From NCBI GenBank assembly GCA_029260515.1, contig JAJDDC010000048.1, forward strand, positions 31,671-95,670: 64,000 bases of DNA. Direction: 5' to 3'. The DNA comes from Phycisphaerales bacterium. GTDB taxonomy: Bacteria > Planctomycetota > Phycisphaerae > Phycisphaerales > UBA1924. A program made the position numbers and the translations under genes. The notes under the pieces were generated by a model, which searched no databases, was not told the origin of the DNA, and saw only the letters and a program-made list of their open reading frames with translations. Positions 26,914 through 39,261 of the stretch are shown piece by piece (the first letter of the stretch is position 1; each line of letters begins with the position of its first letter).

Positions 26914-27858
26914 ATGGAGCAGCGCGAGCCAGTCCGAAAGAAGGCCAGCCGCACCGCCGCGATCACACGCTCGGGCCTCCGCCGCTACCCGCGCGTGCTG
27001 GCCGAGTCGCTCGCACGCCCCACGCTCCCCTTGCCCGATACCGAGGGAGCCGAACTCCTGGGCATCCACGAGCACGACCCGCTCGCCGTCGCCTGGCTCG
27101 GGCACGCCTCTGCGCTGCTCCGCATCTCGGGCGCGACCCTCGCCGTGGATCCTGTCCTCTCGCACCGCGTCGGCCCCCGCCTGGGCCCGCTGACGTTCGG
27201 CCCCCACCGCCTCGCACCAGCCCCGACGACGCCCGACAATCTCCCACCCCTCGACCTCATCCTGATCTCGCACGCCCACTTCGACCACCTCGACCGCCCC
27301 ACCCTCAAGGCGCTGGCCTCGAACAAGACAACCGTCGTCACCGCCCGAGGCTGCCGCCGCCTCATCCCGCGGGGCTTCGCCCGCGTAATCGAACTCGACT
27401 ATGGGCAATCCGCGGACGTGGGCTCCCTCAACATCGCCGCCCTCGAGACCAAGCACTGGGGCGCCCGCGCCGTCATCGATCGCAACCGCGGGTGCAACGC
27501 GTACGCCCTGCGTGGCGACGACGCGACGGCTTTCGTCTCTGGTGACACCGCCCACACCGACGCCTTCGACGACCTCGAATGCATCGATCTGGCTGTGTTT
27601 TCCATCGGCGCCTACGACCCGTGGGAGCACAAGCACGCGACGCCCGAGCAGGTCTGGGCCATGTTCAACCGGATCGGCGCCGCCACGCTCCTGCCCGTGC
27701 ACCACTCCACCTTCGAGCTCTCCGAGGAGAAGGCCGCCGAGCCCATGACCCGTCTGCTGGCCGCGGCGGGAGAGGATGCCGACCGCGTCATCCAGACGCC
27801 CCCGGGCCCGCTCTGGGCGTGGAAGCCGGTGCGCTCGGACGACATCGACGCCGCATGA
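26914..27858 (+). CDS. MBL-fold metallo-hydrolase (NAPE-PLD-like subfamily)
   Basis: Start is ATG 26914. WLGHASALLRISGATLAVDP...LPPLDLILISHAHFDHLD contains the HxHxDH motif in the context typical of Lactamase_B_2 / NAPE-PLD-like proteins. Confidence 0.8.
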   Translation: MEQREPVRKKASRTAAITRSGLRRYPRVLAESLARPTLPLPDTEGAELLGIHEHDPLAVAWLGHASALLRISGATLAVDPVLSHRVGPRLGPLTFGPHRLAPAPTTPDNLPPLDLILISHAHFDHLDRPTLKALASNKTTVVTARGCRRLIPRGFARVIELDYGQSADVGSLNIAALETKHWGARAVIDRNRGCNAYALRGDDATAFVSGDTAHTDAFDDLECIDLAVFSIGAYDPWEHKHATPEQVWAMFNRIGAATLLPVHHSTFELSEEKAAEPMTRLLAAAGEDADRVIQTPPGPLWAWKPVRSDDIDAA

Positions 27859-27867
27859 ATCGCCTCG

Positions 27868-29328
27868 CTACAGCAAAGGCGACAGCAGCCGCGCCCCATT
27901 GTCGATCAGCCGGTTGACGAACCCGCGCCGCCGCCACGCCTCGATGTACACCGGCTCAGACTCCTCAATGTACTGCCTCTGGAGCACCCGCAGCTGGCTG
28001 GCGGTGTCCGTGTCGTAGATGATCATCGCGACCTCGAAGTTGAGCCAGAAACTTCGCATGTCCAGGTTCGCCGAGCCGACCAGCGCCAGGTCTCGGTCCA
28101 CCGTGATCGTCTTCGCGTGCAGCAACCCCCTCCCGTGCCGGTACACGCGTACGCCCGCCTCGAGCAAAGGCTCTAGGTGCGCATTGCTCGCCCGCCAGAC
28201 CAACGGCGTGTCCAGGCGCCTGGGAACAATCAGCGAGACTTCCACCCCACGCTGCGCCGCCGACTCCAGTGCCGTCGTCATCGCATCGCCCGGCACGAAA
28301 TACGGCGTCGTCAGGATCAACTCCTCCCGCGCCGCATAAATCAGCTCCAACACCGCACGCTGCATCATCCCGGGCGTCGCGCTGCCCGGCCCCGTCGCGA
28401 CCACCTGCACCGCCGCCCCGTCGTCGCCCGCCGCCGCCTCGAGCTCCGGCAGGAACGCCTCGATATCCGCGCCCTCCGCGGTATCGAGCTGCCAGTCCTT
28501 GAGAAACACCAACCCCAGCGCCTGGGCCCCGGGCCCCTCGACCCGCACCGTCGCGTCGATCCAGGGCCCGATCCTCGGGTTCCGCGCCACGCGGAACCGC
28601 TCGTCGTTGATATTCTGGCTGCCCACGTACGCCACCCGCCCGTCGATCTCGACGATCTTCCTGTGGTTCCGCAGGTCCATCCTCGAGAACAGCATCCGCA
28701 GCGCGCCCACGGGCAACGCCGCGACCACCTCGACCCCCGCCTCGCGCATCTTCGATGCCCGGTCACTGCGCACGAACGCCTTGCCCCCGTGCGCATCGAC
28801 GAGCACGCGGCAGACCACGCCCCGTCCCGCCGCCCGGATCAGCGCCGCAGCGACGTCGTCCGCGTGCCCGCCCACCTGCCAGATGTACGTCAGCACGTGG
28901 CAGTGCCGCGTCGCCTTGTCGATATCCTCGCACATCGACGCCAGGACGCGTTCGCTCGAGCTCAGGATCGTCAGCGTGTTCCCACCCAGCGCCGGCACGT
29001 GCGTCTCGGCCGTGCACAACCGGGCCACGTGGTCGTACCGCCTCCCCCCCGCGGTCCAATCGATCCCCCTGCGCCACAGCGCCACAGCCTGCTCGTCCAT
29101 CCCCCGCGTCAGCTCCGCGTACCGCCTCGCACGCCCGACCCCCAGCCGGTTCTCACCGATGAGCAGGTAGACGAACCCGCCGATGAACGGCGCGAAGAAG
29201 ACCACCGCGAGCCACGCGATCGACGCCTGCGTCGCCCGCCGGACCATCACGATCCGCAACGACAGCGCCACACGGATCGCCCAGTCGAGAGCGATCACCC
29301 CGGCCGTAATCAGAAGTCGCCAGTCCAA
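27868..29328 (-). CDS. cls: cardiolipin synthase
   Basis: Two N-terminal TM helices and two HKD motifs (NHRKIVEIDGRVAYVGSQNI and LHAKTITVDRDLALVGSANLD). Confidence 0.92.
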   Translation of the reverse strand: MDWRLLITAGVIALDWAIRVALSLRIVMVRRATQASIAWLAVVFFAPFIGGFVYLLIGENRLGVGRARRYAELTRGMDEQAVALWRRGIDWTAGGRRYDHVARLCTAETHVPALGGNTLTILSSSERVLASMCEDIDKATRHCHVLTYIWQVGGHADDVAAALIRAAGRGVVCRVLVDAHGGKAFVRSDRASKMREAGVEVVAALPVGALRMLFSRMDLRNHRKIVEIDGRVAYVGSQNINDERFRVARNPRIGPWIDATVRVEGPGAQALGLVFLKDWQLDTAEGADIEAFLPELEAAAGDDGAAVQVVATGPGSATPGMMQRAVLELIYAAREELILTTPYFVPGDAMTTALESAAQRGVEVSLIVPRRLDTPLVWRASNAHLEPLLEAGVRVYRHGRGLLHAKTITVDRDLALVGSANLDMRSFWLNFEVAMIIYDTDTASQLRVLQRQYIEESEPVYIEAWRRRGFVNRLIDNGARLLSPLL

Positions 29329-29369
29329 GGCGGGAGACTACACGCGGACCCCGAGCGCCACCCGGCTTG

Positions 29370-30344
29370 TCACGGGCCGCCGGGCGGGGGCCCGCCACCG
29401 CCGCCGCGGCGCCCACCACGGCGCCCGAACCCGCGGAAGTCGGGCATCTCGGGGAGCTCTTCGCCGTAGATCTCGTGCTCGAGCATCAGATCGCGGAACA
29501 TCTCCACGTCCGTCGAGTCGAGCACGCCGTCGCGGTTTACGTCCGCCGTCATCGCCCCGTCCCGGTGCTCGCGGAGGAACCGCTCAAAGTCGACCCCATC
29601 AACCGTGCCGTCGCCGCCGGCGTACGCCTCGCGGAAGCGCCGGCGCTCGAACGACGCCCGCATCTGCGAGCGGGCGGTGTCCCGCTCGTCGGAACTGAGA
29701 CGCCCATCGCCGTCGGCGTCAAATGTCTGCGTCCACTGCTCCCGGGCCCGCTCCATCTGCGCACGCCTCGCCTCGTCGGCGACGAACTCCTCGTCCTCAC
29801 TCAACTCGCCGTCCCCGTCCAGGTCGAACTGCTCGATCAGGCGTGCCAGACGCTCGCGCTCTCGCTCCTGGCCCCAATCGCGCATCGCGTCCCATTCTTC
29901 CTCGCTCAGCTTCCCGTCCCCGTCGGCGTCGAACCGCATCGCGAACTCTCGCCCGCGCGGGTTGCTCATCATCGCCTCGCGCCGAGCAAGACGCCGCTCG
30001 CGCTCGCTTATCTCACCGTCGCCGTCCGTGTCCATCCGGGCCTCCCACTCGGCCCGCAGCGTCTCGCGCATCGCGCGGCGTTCGTCCTCGCTCAGTTCGC
30101 CGTCCCCGTCCAGGTCGAACCGAGACCAGTCGAAGTTCTGACCGCCCCAGCCGCCGCGCTGCTCGTCCCCGTCGTCGCGCGTCGTCCGGCGCGTCGGAGT
30201 CGGCGCAGCGGGCGTCGGCCGCTCGACCACGGGCGTCTCGGGCTGGGCCTCGGGCGCCTCGCGCCCCATCTGGTAGGCGAGCACACCGCCCCCCCCGACC
30301 GCAACGACCACACCCAGGATCACGCCCGTCTGCTTGAGACCCAT
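29370..30344 (-). CDS. membrane-anchored multi-EF-hand protein (324 aa)
   Basis: Start is ATG 30344 with GGAGG upstream. It has an N-terminal TM helix (GVILGVVVAVGGGGVLAY), at least 5 canonical DxDGDGxLSxxE loops plus 2 degenerate ones, and a Gly/Arg/Pro-rich C-terminus. Confidence 0.75.
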   Translation of the reverse strand: MGLKQTGVILGVVVAVGGGGVLAYQMGREAPEAQPETPVVERPTPAAPTPTRRTTRDDGDEQRGGWGGQNFDWSRFDLDGDGELSEDERRAMRETLRAEWEARMDTDGDGEISERERRLARREAMMSNPRGREFAMRFDADGDGKLSEEEWDAMRDWGQERERERLARLIEQFDLDGDGELSEDEEFVADEARRAQMERAREQWTQTFDADGDGRLSSDERDTARSQMRASFERRRFREAYAGGDGTVDGVDFERFLREHRDGAMTADVNRDGVLDSTDVEMFRDLMLEHEIYGEELPEMPDFRGFGRRGGRRGGGGGPPPGGP

Positions 30345-30498
30345 GACACCCTCCGATCGCTCGGCATACTCGCGGTCAGCCCCCACGCACCTGGGGCGCC
30401 GTCGGGATACCCATCATCGGGCCCAACGCCCGCAGTCCAAGTATATTGCCCCAAACGAAAACCCCCGCGTCGGTCGGACGCGGGGGCGGAATTCCAAG

Positions 30499-30572
30499 TG
30501 GCGAGGGGGAGACTTGAACTCCCGACCTGAGGGTTATGAATCCTCCGCTCTAGCCAGCTGAGCTACCTCGCC
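30499..30572 (-). tRNA. tRNA-Met (CAU), elongator-like
   Basis: The reverse complement is GGCGAGGTAGCTCAGCTGGCTAGAGCGGAGGATTCATAACCCTCAGGTCGGGAGTTCAAGTCTCCCCCTCGCCA. G1-C72 are paired, so it is not an initiator. There is one A-C mismatch at the bottom of the anticodon stem. No CCA is encoded. Confidence 0.85.
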
Positions 30573-30610
30573 AGGTCCCGGGCCGTCCCGTGAAGGGCGG
30601 ATCGTAGCCC

Positions 30611-30931
30611 CTACGAGCCCGCCGGCCGCACCCCGGCCTCGCCGGCTGGGGTCTCGACACCCTCGCCCCGGCTCACCCGCACGTCCTCGCCCGAGGCGTT
30701 CAGGGGCGTCTTCGCGTTCTCGAACTTCGCCGGCTCGCGGTCCGCGGCCTGGTTTACATCCTCCTCGATGTCCTTCAGGCCCTTCTTGAACTGCACGATC
30801 CCCTGGCCCAGGCTCCGCCCCACCTCGGGCAGCCGTCGCCCGAACAGCAGCAGCATCACCCCCCCGATGATCAGGTACTCCATCGGCCCCAGGTTGGGCA
30901 AGAACCCGAGCGTCGCGCCAGCCGTCAGCAT
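30611..30931 (-). CDS. tatA: twin-arginine translocase subunit TatA/E
   Basis: MEYLIIGGVMLLLFGRRLPEVGRSLGQGIVQFKKG is the TatA TM helix plus amphipathic helix. Start ATG 30931 has GAGGAG upstream; the Met at MEYLII is an alternative start. Confidence 0.85.
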   Translation of the reverse strand: MLTAGATLGFLPNLGPMEYLIIGGVMLLLFGRRLPEVGRSLGQGIVQFKKGLKDIEEDVNQAADREPAKFENAKTPLNASGEDVRVSRGEGVETPAGEAGVRPAGS

Positions 30932-31052
30932 GCCAACTCCTCTCGACGGGTCTCGCACCCGCCGTCGCGAGGCGTCCTGCCCCGCGTCCACACAATACAA
31001 GGGGACAGGCCGCCCCGGGTCAACGACCGCAAGCCCCCGCCATTCCAGCAAT

Positions 31053-34445
<3,393 letters not shown>

Positions 34446-34505
34446 CCACCCTTCCCCTACCCTCCCCCTGTCGCCTCCACCCCGACCTGCCGACCTCCCG
34501 CCCCA

Positions 34506-35033
34506 ATGCACAACGTCGAGTACAAAGCCGAGCTCCGCGACCCGCTCGTCGCCCGCGCCATCGCCAAGAAGATCGGCGCCACCCTCGACGCCACGCTCGA
34601 CCAGACCGACACCTACTTCCGCGTCACCACCGGGCGCCTGAAAAAACGAGAAACCACCGAGCAAGGCCACGGCCCCCTCCCCACCCAGTACATCTTCTAC
34701 GACCGCGCCGACATCGTCCGCCCCAAGCTTTCGCACTACACCCTCTACACCGAAGACGAGGCCCGAGAGCGCTACGGCCAGCGCCCACTCCCCACCGACA
34801 TCGTCGTCAAAAAACGCCGCGAGCTCTGGCTCGCGGGCACGGCACGAATCCACCTCGACCACGTCGAGAACCTCGGCCACTTCATCGAGTTCGAGGTCCC
34901 CATCCACCCCAAGAGCTCCGTCACCGCCGCCCGCGACAAGACCGAGCAGCTCAAGGCCCACTTCGCCCCCGCCCTCGGCGAACCCATCGCCCTCGGCTAC
35001 CGCGACCTGATCGCCGCCGACGAAGAAGGCTGA
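34506..35033 (+). CDS. CYTH-domain protein (class IV adenylate cyclase / CyaB-like)
   Basis: The N-terminal NVEYKAEL (ExExK-type signature), a size of ~175 aa, and HLDHVENLGHFIEFEV near the C-terminus are typical of CYTH/CyaB. Confidence 0.7.
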   Translation: MHNVEYKAELRDPLVARAIAKKIGATLDATLDQTDTYFRVTTGRLKKRETTEQGHGPLPTQYIFYDRADIVRPKLSHYTLYTEDEARERYGQRPLPTDIVVKKRRELWLAGTARIHLDHVENLGHFIEFEVPIHPKSSVTAARDKTEQLKAHFAPALGEPIALGYRDLIAADEEG

Positions 35034-36256
35034 GTCGGGGCGCCCACCTCGCGCCCCGTCGCCTGACCCACAAGCAGCCCGATCAGCACACTCATCACAA
35101 ACACGCACCAGTCCTTCTGCGCCGACAGATCGAACACAGACATCGCCAGCAGCGCGACCGTCGAGGCGAGCACGCCGAGGCTGATCCCGTCAGCACCCGC
35201 GTCCCGCCTTGCCCCCCGCCACGCCGTCACGAGCACGGCGCCGGCGAGTGCGCACATCGCCGCCAAGCCGAGGACGCCACGCTCGCCGAGGAACTCGAGG
35301 CACACGTTGTGCGCCCACGGGATCTCCGCGATCAGCGGCGTGTAGCCATCGGGCAGCCGCACCCGCGCCAGGTACCCCGGGTAGAACAGCCCATACGTGT
35401 GCGGCCCCTTGCCCACGATCGGCGCCTCCCGGAACATCTCCCACGCCACCAGCCACAACCCGAGCCGTCCCTCGGACTGCAGACTCAGCGTCTCGAGCAC
35501 GCGCCCGCGAACCCCGCCCGCGTCCACCGCCCACGCCGCGCCCCCCACCGCGGCGATCGCGCCAAGGACGACCCACCGCGACACCCCGCGCAGCCCGACG
35601 ATCGCGACCACGAGCCACGCGAGCACGACACCCCCCAACGCCGTGCGGCTCTGGGTCAGCGCCGCCGCCGCCAGCACGGGGACCCCGCCAAGCGTGAGCC
35701 CCGCCAGCCGCCACGCCCCACGCCGCCCGACGAACAGGCACAACAAGAACGGCAGGCACGCCGCCGCCAGCGCAAAGTCGTTCGGGTGCGGCAGGCTCCC
35801 CGGGTAGCGTCCACCCATCGGTCCCTGCCCCGACAGCACGCTCCGCCCCACCCGCCACTGCACGAGCACGTCCAACGAAACCACCGCCGCGACACTCGCC
35901 AGCCCCCCAACGATCATCCACAACGCCCGCGGGTGCGACACCGCGTGCGCGCTCGCGAACAGCAGCAGCACCCCGATCGACAACGGCGCCAGCCCCTGTG
36001 CACTCAGCGACCGATCGACCGAGAACGCCGTCGAGACCAGCTGACTCAGAATGAAGACACAGCACGCGGCGCCCATCACCGTCACCCGAAACGCCCTCGC
36101 CTCGTTCACCCGCCCCGCGACCGCCCCCACCGCGACAACAACCACGCCCGCCGTGAACATCCACGTCGGCGCCGCATCGCCAACCGCCATGAGCACGAGC
36201 AGCAGCGCCACCCCGCCGCCGGCGATCCAGGGCGTGAGCCGCCGCCACCTGTCCAT
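34997..36256 (-). CDS. O-antigen ligase (Wzy_C) family polytopic membrane protein
   Basis: Start is ATG 36256 (MDRWRRLTPW). It has about 10 hydrophobic helices, LTQSRTALGGVVLAWLV (the usual SR-containing loop context) and a large periplasmic loop. Its start shares one nucleotide with the stop of the upstream LVIVD gene (TGATG). Confidence 0.7.
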   Translation of the reverse strand: MDRWRRLTPWIAGGGVALLLVLMAVGDAAPTWMFTAGVVVVAVGAVAGRVNEARAFRVTVMGAACCVFILSQLVSTAFSVDRSLSAQGLAPLSIGVLLLFASAHAVSHPRALWMIVGGLASVAAVVSLDVLVQWRVGRSVLSGQGPMGGRYPGSLPHPNDFALAAACLPFLLCLFVGRRGAWRLAGLTLGGVPVLAAAALTQSRTALGGVVLAWLVVAIVGLRGVSRWVVLGAIAAVGGAAWAVDAGGVRGRVLETLSLQSEGRLGLWLVAWEMFREAPIVGKGPHTYGLFYPGYLARVRLPDGYTPLIAEIPWAHNVCLEFLGERGVLGLAAMCALAGAVLVTAWRGARRDAGADGISLGVLASTVALLAMSVFDLSAQKDWCVFVMSVLIGLLVGQATGREVGAPTQPSSSAAIRSR

Positions 36257-37533
36257 CACGTAGCCGACACCCGCGTCCGTCGGCGCCCACCACCCCCGCA
36301 CGGCGCCCCCAGCGCCGCGACCGCAACCGGCGCGACGGCCCACCCCCACACCTCCCCCGGCCTGTAGAGGTACCGCCCCCCCTCGGGTAAAGCCGAGTAA
36401 TACGGCGAGCACCTCTCGCACGCATCAAAGGCCTGAATGAACGCCAGAACGTCAGAGAAGTCGAACTCGCCTTCCGGTTCGGCGAGATCTGCCTCAGCCG
36501 CCCCGCTCCCGAACGCGATCAGGAATGCCATCGCATCGAAGGAGTCCAGCGCCCCCTGCGGCTCGGCCAGGTCCGCGTGCGCGCACGCAAGCGCCCGCGA
36601 GAGATCCAGCGTCCGCAAACCGTTCTCGAGTATATAGGCCACATCGCCCTGCGCGTGGACTCCATACGAGTACGAGATGCTGGCAGTGGCGCCGACTTCG
36701 ACAGGCCTCGTCGGATCACTCACGTCAAACACGCGCACCCCCGCCCCCAGGCTCGTGATACAAGCAAGCGAGCCGGACATCGACACACCCCACCCGAAGT
36801 CGCCCAACTCGAGCATACCGACCATCGCCGGCGCCGCCGGATTGCGGACGTCGAACACCTCGAAGACCCCCGGCGAACGAACGCAGACCACGCTAACCGA
36901 CACGGCCAAGTTTCCGCCTGATGTAGACGCCGAGCCCCTGATCATCGGCGCAGTCGGATCCATGACGTCCACCACCAGGAGCAAACCCGCTTCCGTTGTC
37001 ACGTACGCGAACGCCCCCTCGCACACGAGGTCCTGGACGGCGCCCTCGATCTCGAGCTCCCCGACGACCACCAGATCCCTCGGGTTGGTCACATCCAGCA
37101 CAAGCATGCCCGAGGCCGCCTCTACGCACACGACCGAGCCGTCAAGCACGAGGCCCAAGGCGCCGCTCGCGATATGGGTGCGGTGAAGAACCACCGGGTT
37201 GTCCGGATCGCTGATATCCACGGATTGCAGCCCCTCCCATACATCGGAATCCGATAGGAACGCGATCGTCCCGTCGATCGCGACGCCCAAAGATGAGTAC
37301 GGGGTCAGGACGAACGACAAGAAGTCCGGGTTCGCCGGGTCCGACACGTCGTAGATCAGCATTCCAATGGTGTCCGCCGCAACGCAAAGCACGCCATCAG
37401 ACACATCCGCCCCCTGCATATGTGTCCCGAAGACCGACCTCCCAAGCTGTGGAACGTCACACACCTGGGCGCAGCACACCGACGCGCCCCCCACGCACAC
37501 AAACGCAGCCAAGACGCTCACCCGCACACGCAT
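36256..37533 (-). CDS. LVIVD-repeat beta-propeller protein with dockerin-like module, CxxC and PEGGRYLYRP-TM-Arg tail (425 aa)
   Basis: Start is ATG 37533 with GGAGG upstream. Signal is MRVRVSVLAAFVCVGGASVCCAQ. It contains repeats such as LIYDVSDPANP, LQSVDISDPDNP, LVLDVTNPRDL, VVDVMDPTAP, FDVRNPAAP and VFDVSDPTRP. The C-terminal 109 aa are described in the repeat features. Confidence 0.8.
   Translation of the reverse strand: MRVRVSVLAAFVCVGGASVCCAQVCDVPQLGRSVFGTHMQGADVSDGVLCVAADTIGMLIYDVSDPANPDFLSFVLTPYSSLGVAIDGTIAFLSDSDVWEGLQSVDISDPDNPVVLHRTHIASGALGLVLDGSVVCVEAASGMLVLDVTNPRDLVVVGELEIEGAVQDLVCEGAFAYVTTEAGLLLVVDVMDPTAPMIRGSASTSGGNLAVSVSVVCVRSPGVFEVFDVRNPAAPAMVGMLELGDFGWGVSMSGSLACITSLGAGVRVFDVSDPTRPVEVGATASISYSYGVHAQGDVAYILENGLRTLDLSRALACAHADLAEPQGALDSFDAMAFLIAFGSGAAEADLAEPEGEFDFSDVLAFIQAFDACERCSPYYSALPEGGRYLYRPGEVWGWAVAPVAVAALGAPCGGGGRRRTRVSAT
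36409..36585 (-). repeat. dockerin-like double repeat, internal copy ending in CxxC
   Basis: CAHADLAEPQGALDSFDAMAFLIAFGSGAAEADLAEPEGEFDFSDVLAFIQAFDACERC, followed (36259-36408) by SPYYSALPEGGRYLYRPGEVWGWAVAPVAVAALGAPCGGGGRRRTRVSAT. Confidence 0.75.
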
Positions 37534-37574
37534 CACGCCTCCACACCCCCCGGCCGCCATCGCCAACACCCCCC

Positions 37575-38849
37575 TCACGCTCCCCGCCGGTCCCGCCGGA
37601 CAACGATGAGAGGCAGCCCGACCGCCGCCAACGCCGCTGTCACCGGCGCGTACCCGCCCACGCCCTCCGGGCGGTACAGGTACCGCCCACCCTCCGGCAC
37701 GACCGCGTACGGATTGCATGTATCGCACTCGTCGAACGCCCCGAGGAACGCACTCACGTCGGCGAGATCGAACACCCCTGCTGGCTCGGCCAGGTCCGCC
37801 GCGGCCTCCTCCGCCGCGAACGCCGCCACGAACCCCAGCACGTCGGAGTAATCCAAAGCCCCCGCCGGATCCGCGAAATCCGCACGCACGCACGCCATCG
37901 GGATCGACAGGTCCAGGCTCCATACCCGCCCGTCGGCGCCGGTGTAGGCGACCGCGCCGTCTACGGCGACCCGGCCCGCGAGCTCGAACGCCGACGTCGT
38001 GCCGACCTCGACCGGGTTCGTCGGATCGCTGATGTCGATCGCGCGGACGCCAGCACCCGGGCTCGTGATATACGCGACCGAGCCGGACAGCGTGACCGAC
38101 CCGGACTGGTGCATGTGGTCGATCGAGCCGAGCAACTCCGGATCCAGCGGGTCGCTCAGGTCGTAGAGCTGCAAGTATCCATCTGCCCGTAAGGCGAGCA
38201 GCTCACCTTCGATATCGAGGGTTCCCCGACGTTGCACCCGGGCATTCTCCACCACGACCGGGGCGCTCAGGTCCGTCAGGTCCAGTATCCGTATATTGCT
38301 GGTCATCCCGGACCGGTAGGACACGTACGCGTACTGTCCCGAGAGGGCCACGCCGTAGTTCGAGGAGATGAAAACGTTGCTGACATACGCCGGATGGCTC
38401 GGGTCGGCGAGATCGAAGATGCGGAGTCGGCCGGCGGATGAGCGCGTGCACGCGAACGTTCCCGAGGCGGAGATGCGCAGCTCCGAGCCACCGACCCCCG
38501 GTTCTACATGCACCTCGATCGGATCCGCCGGGTCGCTGAGATCGAAGACCTTCAGGTCGCCGCCCTGCCCCACATACGCGAGCGTCCCTCGTATCTCCAC
38601 GTACCACGTGTACCCGTTCGACGGCACCGATGACATGAGCCTCGGGTCCGTCGGATCGCTCACGTCGTACACCAACAACAGGCGCTCGTAAGTCGCCGCC
38701 AGACACAGCACATCCCCGGACACGGACGCCTTTGCGCTTCCCACTCCGTACGCGGCCTCCCCGATCACCGAGATGTCGCACACCTGCGCCCACGATCCCG
38801 ACCACACCCCGCCCACGCACACCAACGCGGTCAGCACCGGAAGCCTCAT
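37575..38849 (-). CDS. LVIVD-repeat beta-propeller protein, paralog of 36256..37533, same composite C-terminus (424 aa)
   Basis: Start is ATG 38849 with GGAGGAG upstream. Signal is MRLPVLTALVCVGGVWSGSWAQ. Repeats include LVYDVSDPTDP, KVFDLSDPADP, RIFDLADPSHP, ILDLTDLSAP, LYDLSDPLDP and AIDISDPTNP. Confidence 0.8.
   Translation of the reverse strand: MRLPVLTALVCVGGVWSGSWAQVCDISVIGEAAYGVGSAKASVSGDVLCLAATYERLLLVYDVSDPTDPRLMSSVPSNGYTWYVEIRGTLAYVGQGGDLKVFDLSDPADPIEVHVEPGVGGSELRISASGTFACTRSSAGRLRIFDLADPSHPAYVSNVFISSNYGVALSGQYAYVSYRSGMTSNIRILDLTDLSAPVVVENARVQRRGTLDIEGELLALRADGYLQLYDLSDPLDPELLGSIDHMHQSGSVTLSGSVAYITSPGAGVRAIDISDPTNPVEVGTTSAFELAGRVAVDGAVAYTGADGRVWSLDLSIPMACVRADFADPAGALDYSDVLGFVAAFAAEEAAADLAEPAGVFDLADVSAFLGAFDECDTCNPYAVVPEGGRYLYRPEGVGGYAPVTAALAAVGLPLIVVRRDRRGA
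37716..37892 (-). repeat. dockerin-like double repeat, internal copy ending in CxxC
   Basis: CVRADFADPAGALDYSDVLGFVAAFAAEEAAADLAEPAGVFDLADVSAFLGAFDECDTC, followed (37578-37715) by NPYAVVPEGGRYLYRPEGVGGYAPVTAALAAVGLPLIVVRRDRRGA. Confidence 0.75.
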
Positions 38850-39002
38850 GGGATCTCCTCCGTCCGCCATCCCCCCGAGGGTCGTGGAAGCCCACACTGT
38901 ACCAGAGGCGCCCTGCGCCACAAAGCCGCCGCATGTCCCCCCACGCAAGAACAGCCCCAAAACGCATCGAGGCCCCCGCTCCCACGGGGGCCTCCGACGC
39001 AA

Positions 39003-39075
39003 TGGGCAGGGGCGGACTTGAACCGCCGACACCCGCATTTTCAATGCGGTGCTCTACCAACTGAGCTACCTGCCC
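39003..39075 (-). tRNA. tRNA-Phe (GAA)
   Basis: The reverse complement is GGGCAGGTAGCTCAGTTGGTAGAGCACCGCATTGAAAATGCGGGTGTCGGCGGTTCAAGTCCGCCCCTGCCCA, a perfect cloverleaf with anticodon loop TTGAAAA. Confidence 0.95.
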
Positions 39076-39261
39076 TGCCGAGGCCCGTGCCCCGGGGACG
39101 ACAACAATACCTGACCCCCCCGCCCCGTCAACCCGCCCCGCGATGTCCTGTGCCCTTCCCCAAGGTCCGCAAACCCGGGCCGGGCCCGTAACCCTTGATC
39201 CGCCGCCCGGTGCGTGGACAATGAGCCTGCCGGGCCCCACCCCGAATCGAGAGAGACACCG

